Part shown: in pieces, positions 1 through 9,232 of the stretch
Layout of the letters: the number at the start of each line of letters is the position of its first letter
How positions within the stretch are numbered: position 1 is the stretch's first letter
Origin: an uncultured virus (IMG/VR IMGVR_UViG_3300044984_001006)
Lineage: Duplodnaviria; Heunggongvirae; Uroviricota; Caudoviricetes; Crassvirales
Direction: 5' to 3' (one strand)
IMG/VR virus record: IMGVR_UViG_3300044984_001006
DNA length: 20,000 nucleotides
Made by a program: the position numbers and the translations under genes
The notes under the pieces: model-generated
The model's database searches: none
What the model saw: the letters and a program-made list of their open reading frames with translations, nothing else
Told to the model about the DNA's origin: nothing

Positions 1-2
1 TA

Positions 3-3000
3 AAAGAAGCTAGAGAAACAGAATTTAATGAAAATTTAGCTGCAGCTCAAAAATTAGCAGAAGCTGAGGATGTTACAGTGATATTAGCCGAAGACTACGA
101 TGACGCTTCAAGGCAAATGCAGGCGTTAATAGCTGACAAAAAAATTACGGAAGAAGACGCAAACATATTAGGATTTAAAGGAACAGATGGTAAAATAGTT
201 ACAAGTTCATTAAATGGTAAGGATTACATAGTAATAAATAAACAACAGTCTATTAATCAAAAGGCAGTAACAGTAGGTTCGCATGAATTTTTACATAAAT
301 TATTACAAAAAACATTAAGTAAAGCTGGTGCACAAATAGCTTTGGGTCAACAGTTAAAAGAATACTTATTAGCTTCTAATCCTGAACTATTCATGAATGA
401 AAAAGTATTAGGTAGATTACGTGCAAATTATAGAAACGCTTCTGAAGGTATTCAAAATGAGGAAATATTAACCTTGTTTTCTGATGCTTTGCTAAATGGA
501 AATATAAAATATAACGAATCGTTTTTTACAAAGTTAGGTGACACTATAAGAAGATACTTACAAGATCTTGGTTTAATAAGCATAAAATTTGATTCTGGTA
601 GAGACGTATTTAATTTTATAAGAGATTATAATGACACTATCAAAAAAGGAGGAGAAGCAGGTAAAGCAATTAAAAATCTATTTAAAGAAGGAGCAAAAGG
701 TAAATTAACCGAAGAAGGAGGAGCACAAGCTGATACATCTAGCCTAAGTTCAAAGTCTATTGAAGAAAGAATGGATAAATTAGATGATCAACTAGCTAGT
801 AACGAAATTGATCTTGATAAGTATGAATCTGAGATGAAAAAACTTGAACAAGAAGAGTTTGAAGAATCTAAAAAAACATACGAAGAAGAGAAGAAAGTTG
901 TTAAAAAAGAAACTACTAAAAAAGATACAACAAAAAAAGAACCAACTGAAGTAAGTGAAGCCGCAACAAAAGCTAAAGCTAAATTAGATGCAATTGGTAA
1001 TGATCCAAAAGGTTTTAATCCAAATAATCCAGCCATTTACGATGAGCTAGATAAGATGGTAAAAGTAAAATCTAGAAACTATAAAACTTCTAACGGTACT
1101 GTAATTGATCTTACAAATAAAAACAAAGGGGGATTAGATGGATTCAACATGGAAGAAATGACAAGCTATGTAACAATGTCAATGCTCCCTTATATAAACA
1201 AATTTGATCCTTCTAGAAATGACAGTTTGTATGGATATATAAACGCTCAGTTAGCAAATAGAATGAAAGCGGCATTAAAATCTGGCCAAGTAGCTAACGT
1301 AGTATTTACAGAAGATGTTACTGAAATGACTAAACTTTCAAATGAGGATGTTGAAGTTAAAACACCAACATTACCAGAAAGAAAAAAGTATCAAAATATT
1401 TTAGAGTCTGGTGTATTTTCGCCGGAAGTAATTACGGATGTTCAAGCAAAAATATTACCTATAATAAGAACGTTGAAATCTAGGGTTGATGAGAAGACTA
1501 CACTTAATAGAACAACCGCTCCTATAATTAACGAAATACGTACTGAGATTGGTAAACAAGCCGACATTGACATTAAAAGAGCAATGGGAGGAAAAGAGGA
1601 TGGTCAACTTAGAAAATTCTTATTAATAAATAAAAAGCCTATACTTGAAAACATGACTACTACCTGGTTAATGGGTAAAGACAACGGAAAGACCGTATCT
1701 GGGGGTATGCCATTTGCTATTCAAAAAAGGATAAATGGTCAATGGACCAGCTTTCCTGATTGGATTGGTAAAAAAGTAGATAGAGAGTCTGTTGAAACAG
1801 ATTTAGCAGGTAGAACTTCTGGAGCTGAACTAGTTAGAAGATTACCAAATGCAGCTAATAATGTTCCTGATGATGTTTTCTTAGAATCAATCATAGATCC
1901 AGCAACCGGATTGCCTTTAAGAGGTAGAAAAGAAGCATTAGCCAAAGCAATGAGTGAGGAATTAGCATTTGATTTAATATCTGACGATATGTTATCAGGC
2001 GGACCAATTTATCAAGCATTACAAAAAAATCAAGAAATACTTGGAGCAGAGGTTGGAAAAGTAACCGTAGAAAATATAAACAGATTAGCTGAAAGAGGTA
2101 ATATTAAATACTCCTTATCTGCAGATATGATGTTAGATATTGAAAATAATTCAACAGCTTTAGGAAAAGCAATTGTAGGTTTAACTAAAATCACAAATAG
2201 TAGTGTTAAAAAAATACTAACAAATATATTTGTAAATGATTGGGATGAAAATCAAATAAAAAAAGCTACTGAAAGTTTACTTTATGTGTTAAAAAGAAAT
2301 GAAAAATATTTTGGATCTGATGAACTTATAAATTATGAAGGGAATACAATAGAATATCTTTCTAATATCAGCAAAGAACAAGATTTTGGTAAATCTATTT
2401 GGAAACAATTATCATCTGATGTAGCAGTTGCTGCATTTTATAGAAAACCAGAAAAAGTTAAAAAGCTAAAAGAATTAAACCAAGATTTTATGATTGATAC
2501 TCTTAAAGATTTTGGCGATGCAGAAGGTACAAGAATTCTATATTCCATGTGGGCTCCCACTGTTATAAATGGTAATTTTGATATATCTTTATTCCGCATG
2601 AAGGATATGGACAAAAGGAGAACCGCTTTTATTGATGAGTTAAACAAAGCTAGAAAAATAGCTTTTGGAACAAAAACAAATAATATTTCTGAAAAAGTAT
2701 TAAAAGAAAAGTATAGAGGTTATGCAAAAGTGAACAAAGTACATTTTAATTATTTTGATGGTACATTTGATATAAAAAAAGACAGATTAAGAACTAAAGC
2801 TGCTAAAGATTTAACAATATATGCGGCTAAGTGGTGGGGTAAAAATTTAAAGGAATTAGAGCCATCATATCAAGCAGCTATGTTTACATTATTAGCAAAT
2901 AATGCTGATAGCGTTGTAAGGTCTGCTGCTCCTGTTGTTGGTATTATAGATGAAGGAATAAAAGTTCCTTATGTATACGAGCATTCCAAACCAGTAAGAG

Positions 3001-5885
3001 TAGTTTTAGCACAGCTAATTGATAAGTATATTAATAAAAACGACAATATTACAGAGGATGAAATATTTGAAAACTATAAAGTATTAATAGTACCAAAAAA
3101 AGTATCTGATATACTAGATAAATCTGGTGTAAAACAAATGATGGATCCATTTTATTTTATAAAAGATAAAACAGATTTTTCAAGATATGATAGTTTATTT
3201 AAAAATAATATTGTTCAATCTATTAATATTTTTGAAGCTCAACAACAGAATATACAAAATGAAAAAGCTGCTTTAAATAATCTAAACCAAGAAAGAAACA
3301 GCAAATCTAGCGGTATAACAACAGTATCAGATTATATTAATGATAATAATTCAAGAAGATTAGACACAGAAACTTCTTATGATTTATTAGATAAATTAGC
3401 AAAAAATATTGAGGATTATTGGGGAATATTGCCTAATGATATTATTCTTGGCATGAATAGAGCTATAGATTATGCTGTGGATGTAATAGAAGACCGTGAA
3501 GGAGCCGGTTTATTAATGGAAGCTATGAACCAAGGCTTGAATATTGAGACTGTTAAAAATGCTGAAAAGCAATTAAACGAGTTTATTGATAAAAACCAGC
3601 CAAAAAACGAAATGTATAGCAAATCTTTAGACTTTCAGTTTAATGATATACTAGAAAGAAACACTGGTGTCGCGGCATTTACAAAAGTATCTGATGTAGT
3701 AGCTAAAAGAACAGGTATTAAGAAAAACACATTATCATTCTTTGTACCGCCTTCAGCTGATGACTTTAGAGGTTTAACAACTTATATGTTTGCTGGTAAA
3801 GGTAAACAAGGAGAACAAGATCAAGAATTCTTTGATAAAAACTTAACTGTGCCGTATGTAAAAGGTATTAATACTTTAGATTCTGTACGTCAATCTATTA
3901 GAAAAGAATATAAGATGTTACTTAATAACTTTCCTGATGTTAAAAAGAAACTTGAGAAATTAACGCCAGATAAAGGCTTTACTTATGATCAAGCTGTTAG
4001 GGTTTATCTTTGGTCATCAACTGGTAAAGAGGTACCTGGTTTATCAAGAACTGATAAAAATAAATTATTGTACTTTGTAAAACAAAACCCTGATTTGTTA
4101 GCTTTTGCGAACGCATTGTCAATAACTGGTAGACAAGATGGTGGATGGATTGATCCTTCAACAACTTGGGATAGTGAAACTATTATATCTGATCTTCACA
4201 ATATTACTGAAGGTGCTGGTAGAAAGAAATATCTAGAGGAGTTTATAGAGAATGCTGATGCAATATTTACAAAAGAAAACCTAAACAAGATACAATCTAT
4301 ATATGGTACAAATACAAGAGAAGCATTAGAAGACTCTTTATATAGAATGAAGAATGGTAAGAATAGACCAGAAGGTACTGACAGAGTAACAAATACTTGG
4401 ATGAACTGGATTAATGGTTCTACTGCCGCAATTATGTTCTTCAATACTAGATCAGCATTGTTACAGACTATATCAGCAATTAACTTCATAAACTGGAATG
4501 ATAATAATCCATATATGGCAGGTAAAGCTTTTCTTAATCAGAAACAATACTGGAGTGACTTCGCAATGATTATCAATTCCGACAAATTAAAGGAAAGAAG
4601 ATCTGGATTAAAAGCCGATGTTACTCAAGCCGAGATTGCTAATGCTGCAAACAGTGCTAAAAACAAATTTAACGGTGTTATATCTTATTTACAAAAAATA
4701 GGTTTTACACCTACACAAGCAGCGGATAGTTTTTCTATCGCAGTTAGTGGTGCTACATTCTATAGAAATAGAGTTAACACATATTTGAAAGCAGGTGATA
4801 CTGTACAAGAAGCTGAAGAAAAAGCATTCAATGATTTTTCAATCATAACAGATCAATCAATGCAATCCGCCGATCCAATGTACGTTTCAAAACAACAAAC
4901 GACTGCATTAGGACGCATTATATTGGCTTTTGGTAATACTCCAATGCAATATAATAGATTGATCAAAAAAGCTACGTTAGACTTAGCTAATAGACGTGGA
5001 GATTGGAAAACAAATGTTTCTAAAATTGTATACTACGGAGCATTGCAAAATATGTTATTCTCGTTTTTACAATCTGCATTGTTTATACCATTAGGTTATG
5101 ATGATGAAGAAGAACCTGATTTTTCTAAAATGACTAAAGAGGAAAAGAAAGCCTACGAAAAGTTAAAGAAAAAAGGAGAGGATAAAATATCAAACATGAT
5201 TAACGGTATGGCTGATACCTTATTAAGAGGTTCAGGTGTATATGGAGCAGCTATTGCAACTGTAAAAAATACAGCAATGGAATATTTCAAACAAGAAGAA
5301 AAAGAAATGTTTGCAGATCATGCTTATACAGTATTAGCTCTAACAAGTGTATCTCCACCAATAAGTTCAAAAGCAAGAAAACTTTACGGATCAATTAGAA
5401 TTAGTAAATTTGAAAAAGATGTTATTGCTGAAAGAGGCTGGGAAGTTACAAGAGACGGTAAATTAAACTTAGCTCCTAACTATAGAATACTAGGTAATGT
5501 AACGGTAGCAACTACCAACTTACCATTAGATAGGGTTGTTGAAAAGGTTAATAACATGGCTGAAGTAATGGACTCTAGAAATACCAAATTACAAAGAACT
5601 GCATTAGCATTAGGATGGAAAGATTGGGAACTTAACGTGAAAAACGAAGAAAATGAAATCATCAAAGCAACGGCTAAAGAAAAACGTAAGGAGGAAGGTA
5701 TAGAAAAAGCTATTGAAACAAGATATGAAAATAAACAAAAAGAAAAAGAAATGTTTCGTGGATTATCTATAAAAGAAAAGATTGCTTATAGGAAAAAAGA
5801 AGCGCTGGATAAAAGAGAAAAGAAACTGAAACAGAGAGAAAGACTAATTAAAAGAAGAGAAAAGAATAAAAGAAAAATGGGTTAA
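3..5885 (+). CDS. Giant polyvalent, probably virion-associated/ejected protein (5'-truncated); zincin-like HExxH motif, sigma70 region-2-like segment, EHxxP HNH-like segment, helical C-terminal region
   Basis: Frame is open from nt 3, so the GTG at 78 is not the true start. Motifs: HEFLH (282-296) with downstream NEEIL; YINKFDPSRNDSLYGYINAQL (~1190-1255); YEHSKP...ILDKSG...MMDP...RY (~2975-3190). Size and opposite orientation to the replication block fit phage internal virion proteins. Confidence 0.75.
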   Translation, partial: KEARETEFNENLAAAQKLAEAEDVTVILAEDYDDASRQMQALIADKKITEEDANILGFKGTDGKIVTSSLNGKDYIVINKQQSINQKAVTVGSHEFLHKLLQKTLSKAGAQIALGQQLKEYLLASNPELFMNEKVLGRLRANYRNASEGIQNEEILTLFSDALLNGNIKYNESFFTKLGDTIRRYLQDLGLISIKFDSGRDVFNFIRDYNDTIKKGGEAGKAIKNLFKEGAKGKLTEEGGAQADTSSLSSKSIEERMDKLDDQLASNEIDLDKYESEMKKLEQEEFEESKKTYEEEKKVVKKETTKKDTTKKEPTEVSEAATKAKAKLDAIGNDPKGFNPNNPAIYDELDKMVKVKSRNYKTSNGTVIDLTNKNKGGLDGFNMEEMTSYVTMSMLPYINKFDPSRNDSLYGYINAQLANRMKAALKSGQVANVVFTEDVTEMTKLSNEDVEVKTPTLPERKKYQNILESGVFSPEVITDVQAKILPIIRTLKSRVDEKTTLNRTTAPIINEIRTEIGKQADIDIKRAMGGKEDGQLRKFLLINKKPILENMTTTWLMGKDNGKTVSGGMPFAIQKRINGQWTSFPDWIGKKVDRESVETDLAGRTSGAELVRRLPNAANNVPDDVFLESIIDPATGLPLRGRKEALAKAMSEELAFDLISDDMLSGGPIYQALQKNQEILGAEVGKVTVENINRLAERGNIKYSLSADMMLDIENNSTALGKAIVGLTKITNSSVKKILTNIFVNDWDENQIKKATESLLYVLKRNEKYFGSDELINYEGNTIEYLSNISKEQDFGKSIWKQLSSDVAVAAFYRKPEKVKKLKELNQDFMIDTLKDFGDAEGTRILYSMWAPTVINGNFDISLFRMKDMDKRRTAFIDELNKARKIAFGTKTNNISEKVLKEKYRGYAKVNKVHFNYFDGTFDIKKDRLRTKAAKDLTIYAAKWWGKNLKELEPSYQAAMFTLLANNADSVVRSAAPVVGIIDEGIKVPYVYEHSKPVRVVLAQLIDKYINKNDNITEDEIFENYKVLIVPKKVSDILDKSGVKQMMDPFYFIKDKTDFSRYDSLFKNNIVQSINIFEAQQQNIQNEKAALNNLNQERNSKSSGITTVSDYINDNNSRRLDTETSYDLLDKLAKNIEDYWGILPNDIILGMNRAIDYAVDVIEDREGAGLLMEAMNQGLNIETVKNAEKQLNEFIDKNQPKNEMYSKSLDFQFNDILERNTGVAAFTKVSDVVAKRTGIKKNTLSFFVPPSADDFRGLTTYMFAGKGKQGEQDQEFFDKNLTVPYVKGINTLDSVRQSIRKEYKMLLNNFPDVKKKLEKLTPDKGFTYDQAVRVYLWSSTGKEVPGLSRTDKNKLLYFVKQNPDLLAFANALSITGRQDGGWIDPSTTWDSETIISDLHNITEGAGRKKYLEEFIENADAIFTKENLNKIQSIYGTNTREALEDSLYRMKNGKNRPEGTDRVTNTWMNWINGSTAAIMFFNTRSALLQTISAINFINWNDNNPYMAGKAFLNQKQYWSDFAMIINSDKLKERRSGLKADVTQAEIANAANSAKNKFNGVISYLQKIGFTPTQAADSFSIAVSGATFYRNRVNTYLKAGDTVQEAEEKAFNDFSIITDQSMQSADPMYVSKQQTTALGRIILAFGNTPMQYNRLIKKATLDLANRRGDWKTNVSKIVYYGALQNMLFSFLQSALFIPLGYDDEEEPDFSKMTKEEKKAYEKLKKKGEDKISNMINGMADTLLRGSGVYGAAIATVKNTAMEYFKQEEKEMFADHAYTVLALTSVSPPISSKARKLYGSIRISKFEKDVIAERGWEVTRDGKLNLAPNYRILGNVTVATTNLPLDRVVEKVNNMAEVMDSRNTKLQRTALALGWKDWELNVKNEENEIIKATAKEKRKEEGIEKAIETRYENKQKEKEMFRGLSIKEKIAYRKKEALDKREKKLKQRERLIKRREKNKRKMG

Positions 5886-5890
5886 TAAAA

Positions 5891-5927
5891 GGAACTAAGA
5901 TAAATAGGCACCATACCTAAAAGTTCC
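5891..5927 (+). other. Small stem-loop downstream of the giant gene
   Basis: GGAACT pairs with AGTTCC and encloses an inner TAGG-CACCATA-CCTA hairpin. Confidence 0.4.
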
Positions 5928-5934
5928 AATAACC

Positions 5935-5970
5935 AATAAAGGGGATTCACATAACGTGGTCCCCTTTATT
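5935..5970. terminator. Bidirectional intrinsic terminator between convergent transcription units
   Basis: AATAAAGGGGAT-TCAC-ATAAC-GTG-GTCCCCTTTATT inverted repeat with A/T tails on both sides, between the converging giant gene and nrdJ. Confidence 0.8.
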
Positions 5971-6109
5971 AATTTAAGCATATTTGCGGTCTTGTTTTTT
6001 GCTATTTTGAATATAATATAGCTTTTGTTTTTTTTTACAATTTGCTTTTATTGGTTATTATATTTGATTTATATATAAAGTATAAATCCAACATCTTGTA
6101 CCTAAATAA

Positions 6110-7978
6110 CTATACAATCTCACAATTACCTCCTCCACACGCTGCTGAATCAGTAAAGTTAGTGTTATCTTGTATTTCCACTACTTTTGATAGATCAACA
6201 TCTTTTAATGTAGACATCATTTGTTCATAGACTTCTTTAGTACAATCTTCAAATGGAGTTTGTTTATATGTTCCGCCGTTATATGGTAAAACAGATAATC
6301 CATTATAGTATTCTTTGTTTGCCCACATCCATTCACCTACAATTTTCCATTCATCATCTCTGACAGAAACCGTACAAGATACATTATGGGTATTGTTTCC
6401 TTTCTCATGACCAGTTTTAACCCAGTCTCTAGATATAAGCTTTACTCTTTCTAATAAATCTAATGTAGATTCATATCTTGTTATAGCTCCTTCTGGTGCT
6501 TTTTGAGGCACAGAAATTACTGATTGTAATGTAGGATTAAAATATTCATCTTCTAACAATTCTGGATGATTGATTGCAAGATAGGAATAGATTGCTTCAT
6601 TCTTGCCTAAACGCATACGGCGAATATAATAGTCGTTATGCCAAGCGTGAATACCGCTAGAAGTGCCCAAAACAAGGCTAGTAGTTCCTGCCGGCTTAAC
6701 TGCGGTGGTTCTGGCCGCTTTGTTGATATTAAGAGCCGCTGCAATAATATTATTTGTTTCCTTAACAGTTTGTGCTGCTTCTTCATAGTTTAAATTTAAG
6801 TTAGATTCTGACGCAATGCCCGTCATTGACACACCTAATAATGCGTCTTTTTCTGTATTCTTTCTCCATATATCACGAAGGTAATGGAAGTCTGAATATG
6901 ACGCTTGTAATGTACCTAAGAATGATGCCGCTGAAGATCTTGCATTGAAATCTTCTTGACTTTCAATATTAGACATATTAATTTCTGTTAGGTTACAGAA
7001 CTGATACGGTCGTAAAGCAATTTCACAACAAGGATTAGTACCCCAATCTTTATCATTAGTAAGATATATTCCGGGTTCGCCTGAGCCAGAAGCTTCAATT
7101 CTTTCCCAAACTTTGTCAAATGTTTTCTTATCAATTTTATGTCTTAAAAGTACTACTGAATTATTTGCTCTACCTCTTTGTGGATTATCTTCCCACCAAC
7201 TACCAGCTTTACAATTTAACATTGCTGTACTATCTAAGTCAAACAATGAAATCATTGCTGCTCTTCTAATTCCGCCTGCTAAAACTGCATCGGCGATATG
7301 ACACTGAATATCGTGACATTCAATATCTGTTAATCTAGATCTATCTTCTTTTTCACGAAGGATAGCTTCAATCTTAACCAATGCTAGTCTTAATGGTTCT
7401 GGTCCTGGTGCTTTGCCCCCAGCTGTTACAAGCAATGCGCCTTTTTGTCTAATATCGGAAAGATCAAATTCAATATGTGAGGTTAATTCCCCTGTATATG
7501 ATTTAAACAATGTCTTAATCGCATCAGCCCAACCAATAATACTATCCTGTACAACATAACGTTTTTTACGATCGTAATTTGGTTTTCTTATTTCAGGTAA
7601 TTTCTCAATGTTGTGATTCTGGACTGAATACCCCACACCAGTTCCTCCAAGAAGTAAAAACATAGTTTCAGCAAAACTACGGATATTATCAACAGGCAAA
7701 AAAGCACAATTATAAATGCGAGCATTATTGAGTTCAATAGCTTTACCACCAAATTGCAGGCTTCGCATCGAAGGTAAAACTTTTTTATTGAAAACAAAAT
7801 TTTTGTATACTTGTTCAATTGATTCTTTCATTTGCGGAAACTTCGACACGTGCATCTCCATATTCCTGGTTACTAATTCTTCCCACGTTTCTCTACGTTC
7901 TTTTGCTGGCACATACTTTGCATACTTTGTGTATACGGTAATATCACTTAAGATCTGCTTATCTAGGCTTAAACTCAT
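6110..7978 (-). CDS. nrdJ: Class II (adenosylcobalamin-dependent) ribonucleotide reductase, monomeric RTPR-like
   Basis: 622 aa; YNCAF, GGTGVG, GGIRRAA, NPCCEI (thiyl radical Cys), KPAGTTS, C-terminal CGGGNC redox pair; no adjacent NrdB small subunit. Confidence 0.9.
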   Translation of the reverse strand: MSLSLDKQILSDITVYTKYAKYVPAKERRETWEELVTRNMEMHVSKFPQMKESIEQVYKNFVFNKKVLPSMRSLQFGGKAIELNNARIYNCAFLPVDNIRSFAETMFLLLGGTGVGYSVQNHNIEKLPEIRKPNYDRKKRYVVQDSIIGWADAIKTLFKSYTGELTSHIEFDLSDIRQKGALLVTAGGKAPGPEPLRLALVKIEAILREKEDRSRLTDIECHDIQCHIADAVLAGGIRRAAMISLFDLDSTAMLNCKAGSWWEDNPQRGRANNSVVLLRHKIDKKTFDKVWERIEASGSGEPGIYLTNDKDWGTNPCCEIALRPYQFCNLTEINMSNIESQEDFNARSSAASFLGTLQASYSDFHYLRDIWRKNTEKDALLGVSMTGIASESNLNLNYEEAAQTVKETNNIIAAALNINKAARTTAVKPAGTTSLVLGTSSGIHAWHNDYYIRRMRLGKNEAIYSYLAINHPELLEDEYFNPTLQSVISVPQKAPEGAITRYESTLDLLERVKLISRDWVKTGHEKGNNTHNVSCTVSVRDDEWKIVGEWMWANKEYYNGLSVLPYNGGTYKQTPFEDCTKEVYEQMMSTLKDVDLSKVVEIQDNTNFTDSAACGGGNCEIV

Positions 7979-7979
7979 A

Positions 7980-8234
7980 TTAATCTATTTCTAATTTAGG
8001 GGTTACTATTTCTTCATCTACTACTTCAACATTCTCTGGCCTTGCTTCTACGCCTTCTTTAACTTTTTCAGCTAACTTTGCTACAGCTTCATCATAGTCA
8101 GGCATAAATCTAATTGTTTCAAATGTGCCTGAAGCTAATGTTTTAATATTTTGGTTTTCTTGCAACAGATACTGTACAATGTTAGTTAATGAAGCTATTT
8201 TATTCTTCATTCCGATTAACTCATTCTCTTTCAT
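7980..8234 (-). CDS. Hypothetical protein (84 aa, coiled-coil-like N-terminus)
   Basis: ORF packed 1 nt upstream of nrdJ on the operon strand. Confidence 0.75.
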   Translation of the reverse strand: MKENELIGMKNKIASLTNIVQYLLQENQNIKTLASGTFETIRFMPDYDEAVAKLAEKVKEGVEARPENVEVVDEEIVTPKLEID

Positions 8235-8252
8235 TCTTTTTAGTTTTAATTA

Positions 8253-8414
8253 TTAGTCTTTACTTATTTCAAGTGATATGTCAAAAAATGGTATATATAA
8301 TACGTGCATTAAAGCATCATCGTATTCATATACTCTATACCCAAATAGTATACCTGGATATACTCCCATCTCTAAAGACCAGAAGTTTTTGCCTGCGTTT
8401 CCATTAAATGTCAT
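8253..8414 (-). CDS. Small hypothetical protein (53 aa; not in ORF track)
   Basis: Hand translation MTFNGNAGKNFWSLEMGVYPGILFGYRVYEYDDALMHVLYIPFFDISLEISKD*; fills the gap in the operon. Confidence 0.7.
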   Translation of the reverse strand: MTFNGNAGKNFWSLEMGVYPGILFGYRVYEYDDALMHVLYIPFFDISLEISKD

Positions 8415-8589
8415 CTTTCGTTTGTTTTGGGTTATTAAACATCTCTATTGTTTTTATTAGTTCTTTATATCTTATTTTGCCAAACGTTTCAAATGACCAC
8501 ATATACCATTTTTCGATTTGTCTATCTGCATATCTTTGTCTTGCTAATCTTTTTGTTTCAAAAGGATTAATCGTACTGTCTCGTCGCAT
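8404..8589 (-). CDS. Hypothetical protein (61 aa) overlapping the nuclease 3' end
   Basis: Operon-strand ORF filling the gap; overlaps the upstream gene by 46 nt; start uncertain. Confidence 0.55.
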   Translation of the reverse strand: MRRDSTINPFETKRLARQRYADRQIEKWYMWSFETFGKIRYKELIKTIEMFNNPKQTKDDI

Positions 8590-8987
8590 TCTTTTTGTTG
8601 TTGAGGTTTATATAAAGTTCTTGTATCGCCATTATCTTTCATGTGTTTTTTAAACATTTTCCAGCGTAAAGGAAATGAGTCATTAGCTCTACCTTTAGTT
8701 TCTATAATAAAACTTTCACCTTCAAAATCTGGTGTATATTTCAAATTAAGTACTTTCTTATTACCTCTGTTTATAAAATCACCTTTACTATTAGATTGTC
8801 TTTCAAAACAATCGTTATCAAAATTAAAAGCAGGTATTAGTTCGTAAGTTTTATACTCATAATGAAATTTTATACCAGCATCTTGCAATGCTTTGTACAT
8901 ATACTTTTCAAGACCGGAAGCGAAAGTGATGCCATCATACACCACTTTCTTTGACACAACTGGTCCTTTCTTTTTAGTTCTCTTCAT
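8544..8987 (-). CDS. PD-(D/E)XK endonuclease, T7 endonuclease I/DUF1064-like (putative Holliday junction resolvase)
   Basis: YDGITFASGLE, YE, YTPDF...IIETKG motifs. Confidence 0.8.
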   Translation of the reverse strand: MKRTKKKGPVVSKKVVYDGITFASGLEKYMYKALQDAGIKFHYEYKTYELIPAFNFDNDCFERQSNSKGDFINRGNKKVLNLKYTPDFEGESFIIETKGRANDSFPLRWKMFKKHMKDNGDTRTLYKPQQQKECDETVRLILLKQKD

Positions 8988-9231
8988 TCTTCTCTATTCT
9001 TCTTATTACAGCATCCATAAGATCTTCTGAATAAACTTCTTTAGCTTTCTGTAAATAAAGAACAGCATCCATTAATTCTTCTTGTAAATGATTAAGCCAT
9101 TCAAATATTCTAGACTGATCTTCTTCTAATGTTACGCCATACTTTTTGTAGCCAACATCAGATCTACCAACAAATTTTGTAACAACTCGCTCAACTACTG
9201 GGTCCCTAAATTTTATTGTCTTTTCTGTCAT
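8974..9231 (-). CDS. Small all-alpha NTP-pyrophosphatase-like (MazG/dUTPase-fold-like) protein
   Basis: R..VG..KYG.TL followed by WLNHLQEELMDAVLY (EExxD acidic helix). Confidence 0.55.
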   Translation of the reverse strand: MTEKTIKFRDPVVERVVTKFVGRSDVGYKKYGVTLEEDQSRIFEWLNHLQEELMDAVLYLQKAKEVYSEDLMDAVIRRIEKNEEN

Positions 9232-9232
9232 A

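Noticed and set aside
788..5665. Short minus-strand ORFs inside the giant gene (788-1036, 1739-1945, 2438-2647, 4196-4489, 5480-5665)
   Set aside because: They are antisense shadows of a long coding frame, with no motifs.
3..5885. Virion RNA polymerase identity for the giant protein
   Set aside because: No DxDGD/DFDID-type catalytic motif was seen in the visible part.
5975..6100. Possible degraded gene fragment (MLDLYFIYKSNIITNK...) downstream of nrdJ
   Set aside because: Only 19 codons in very AT-rich sequence; insufficient evidence.
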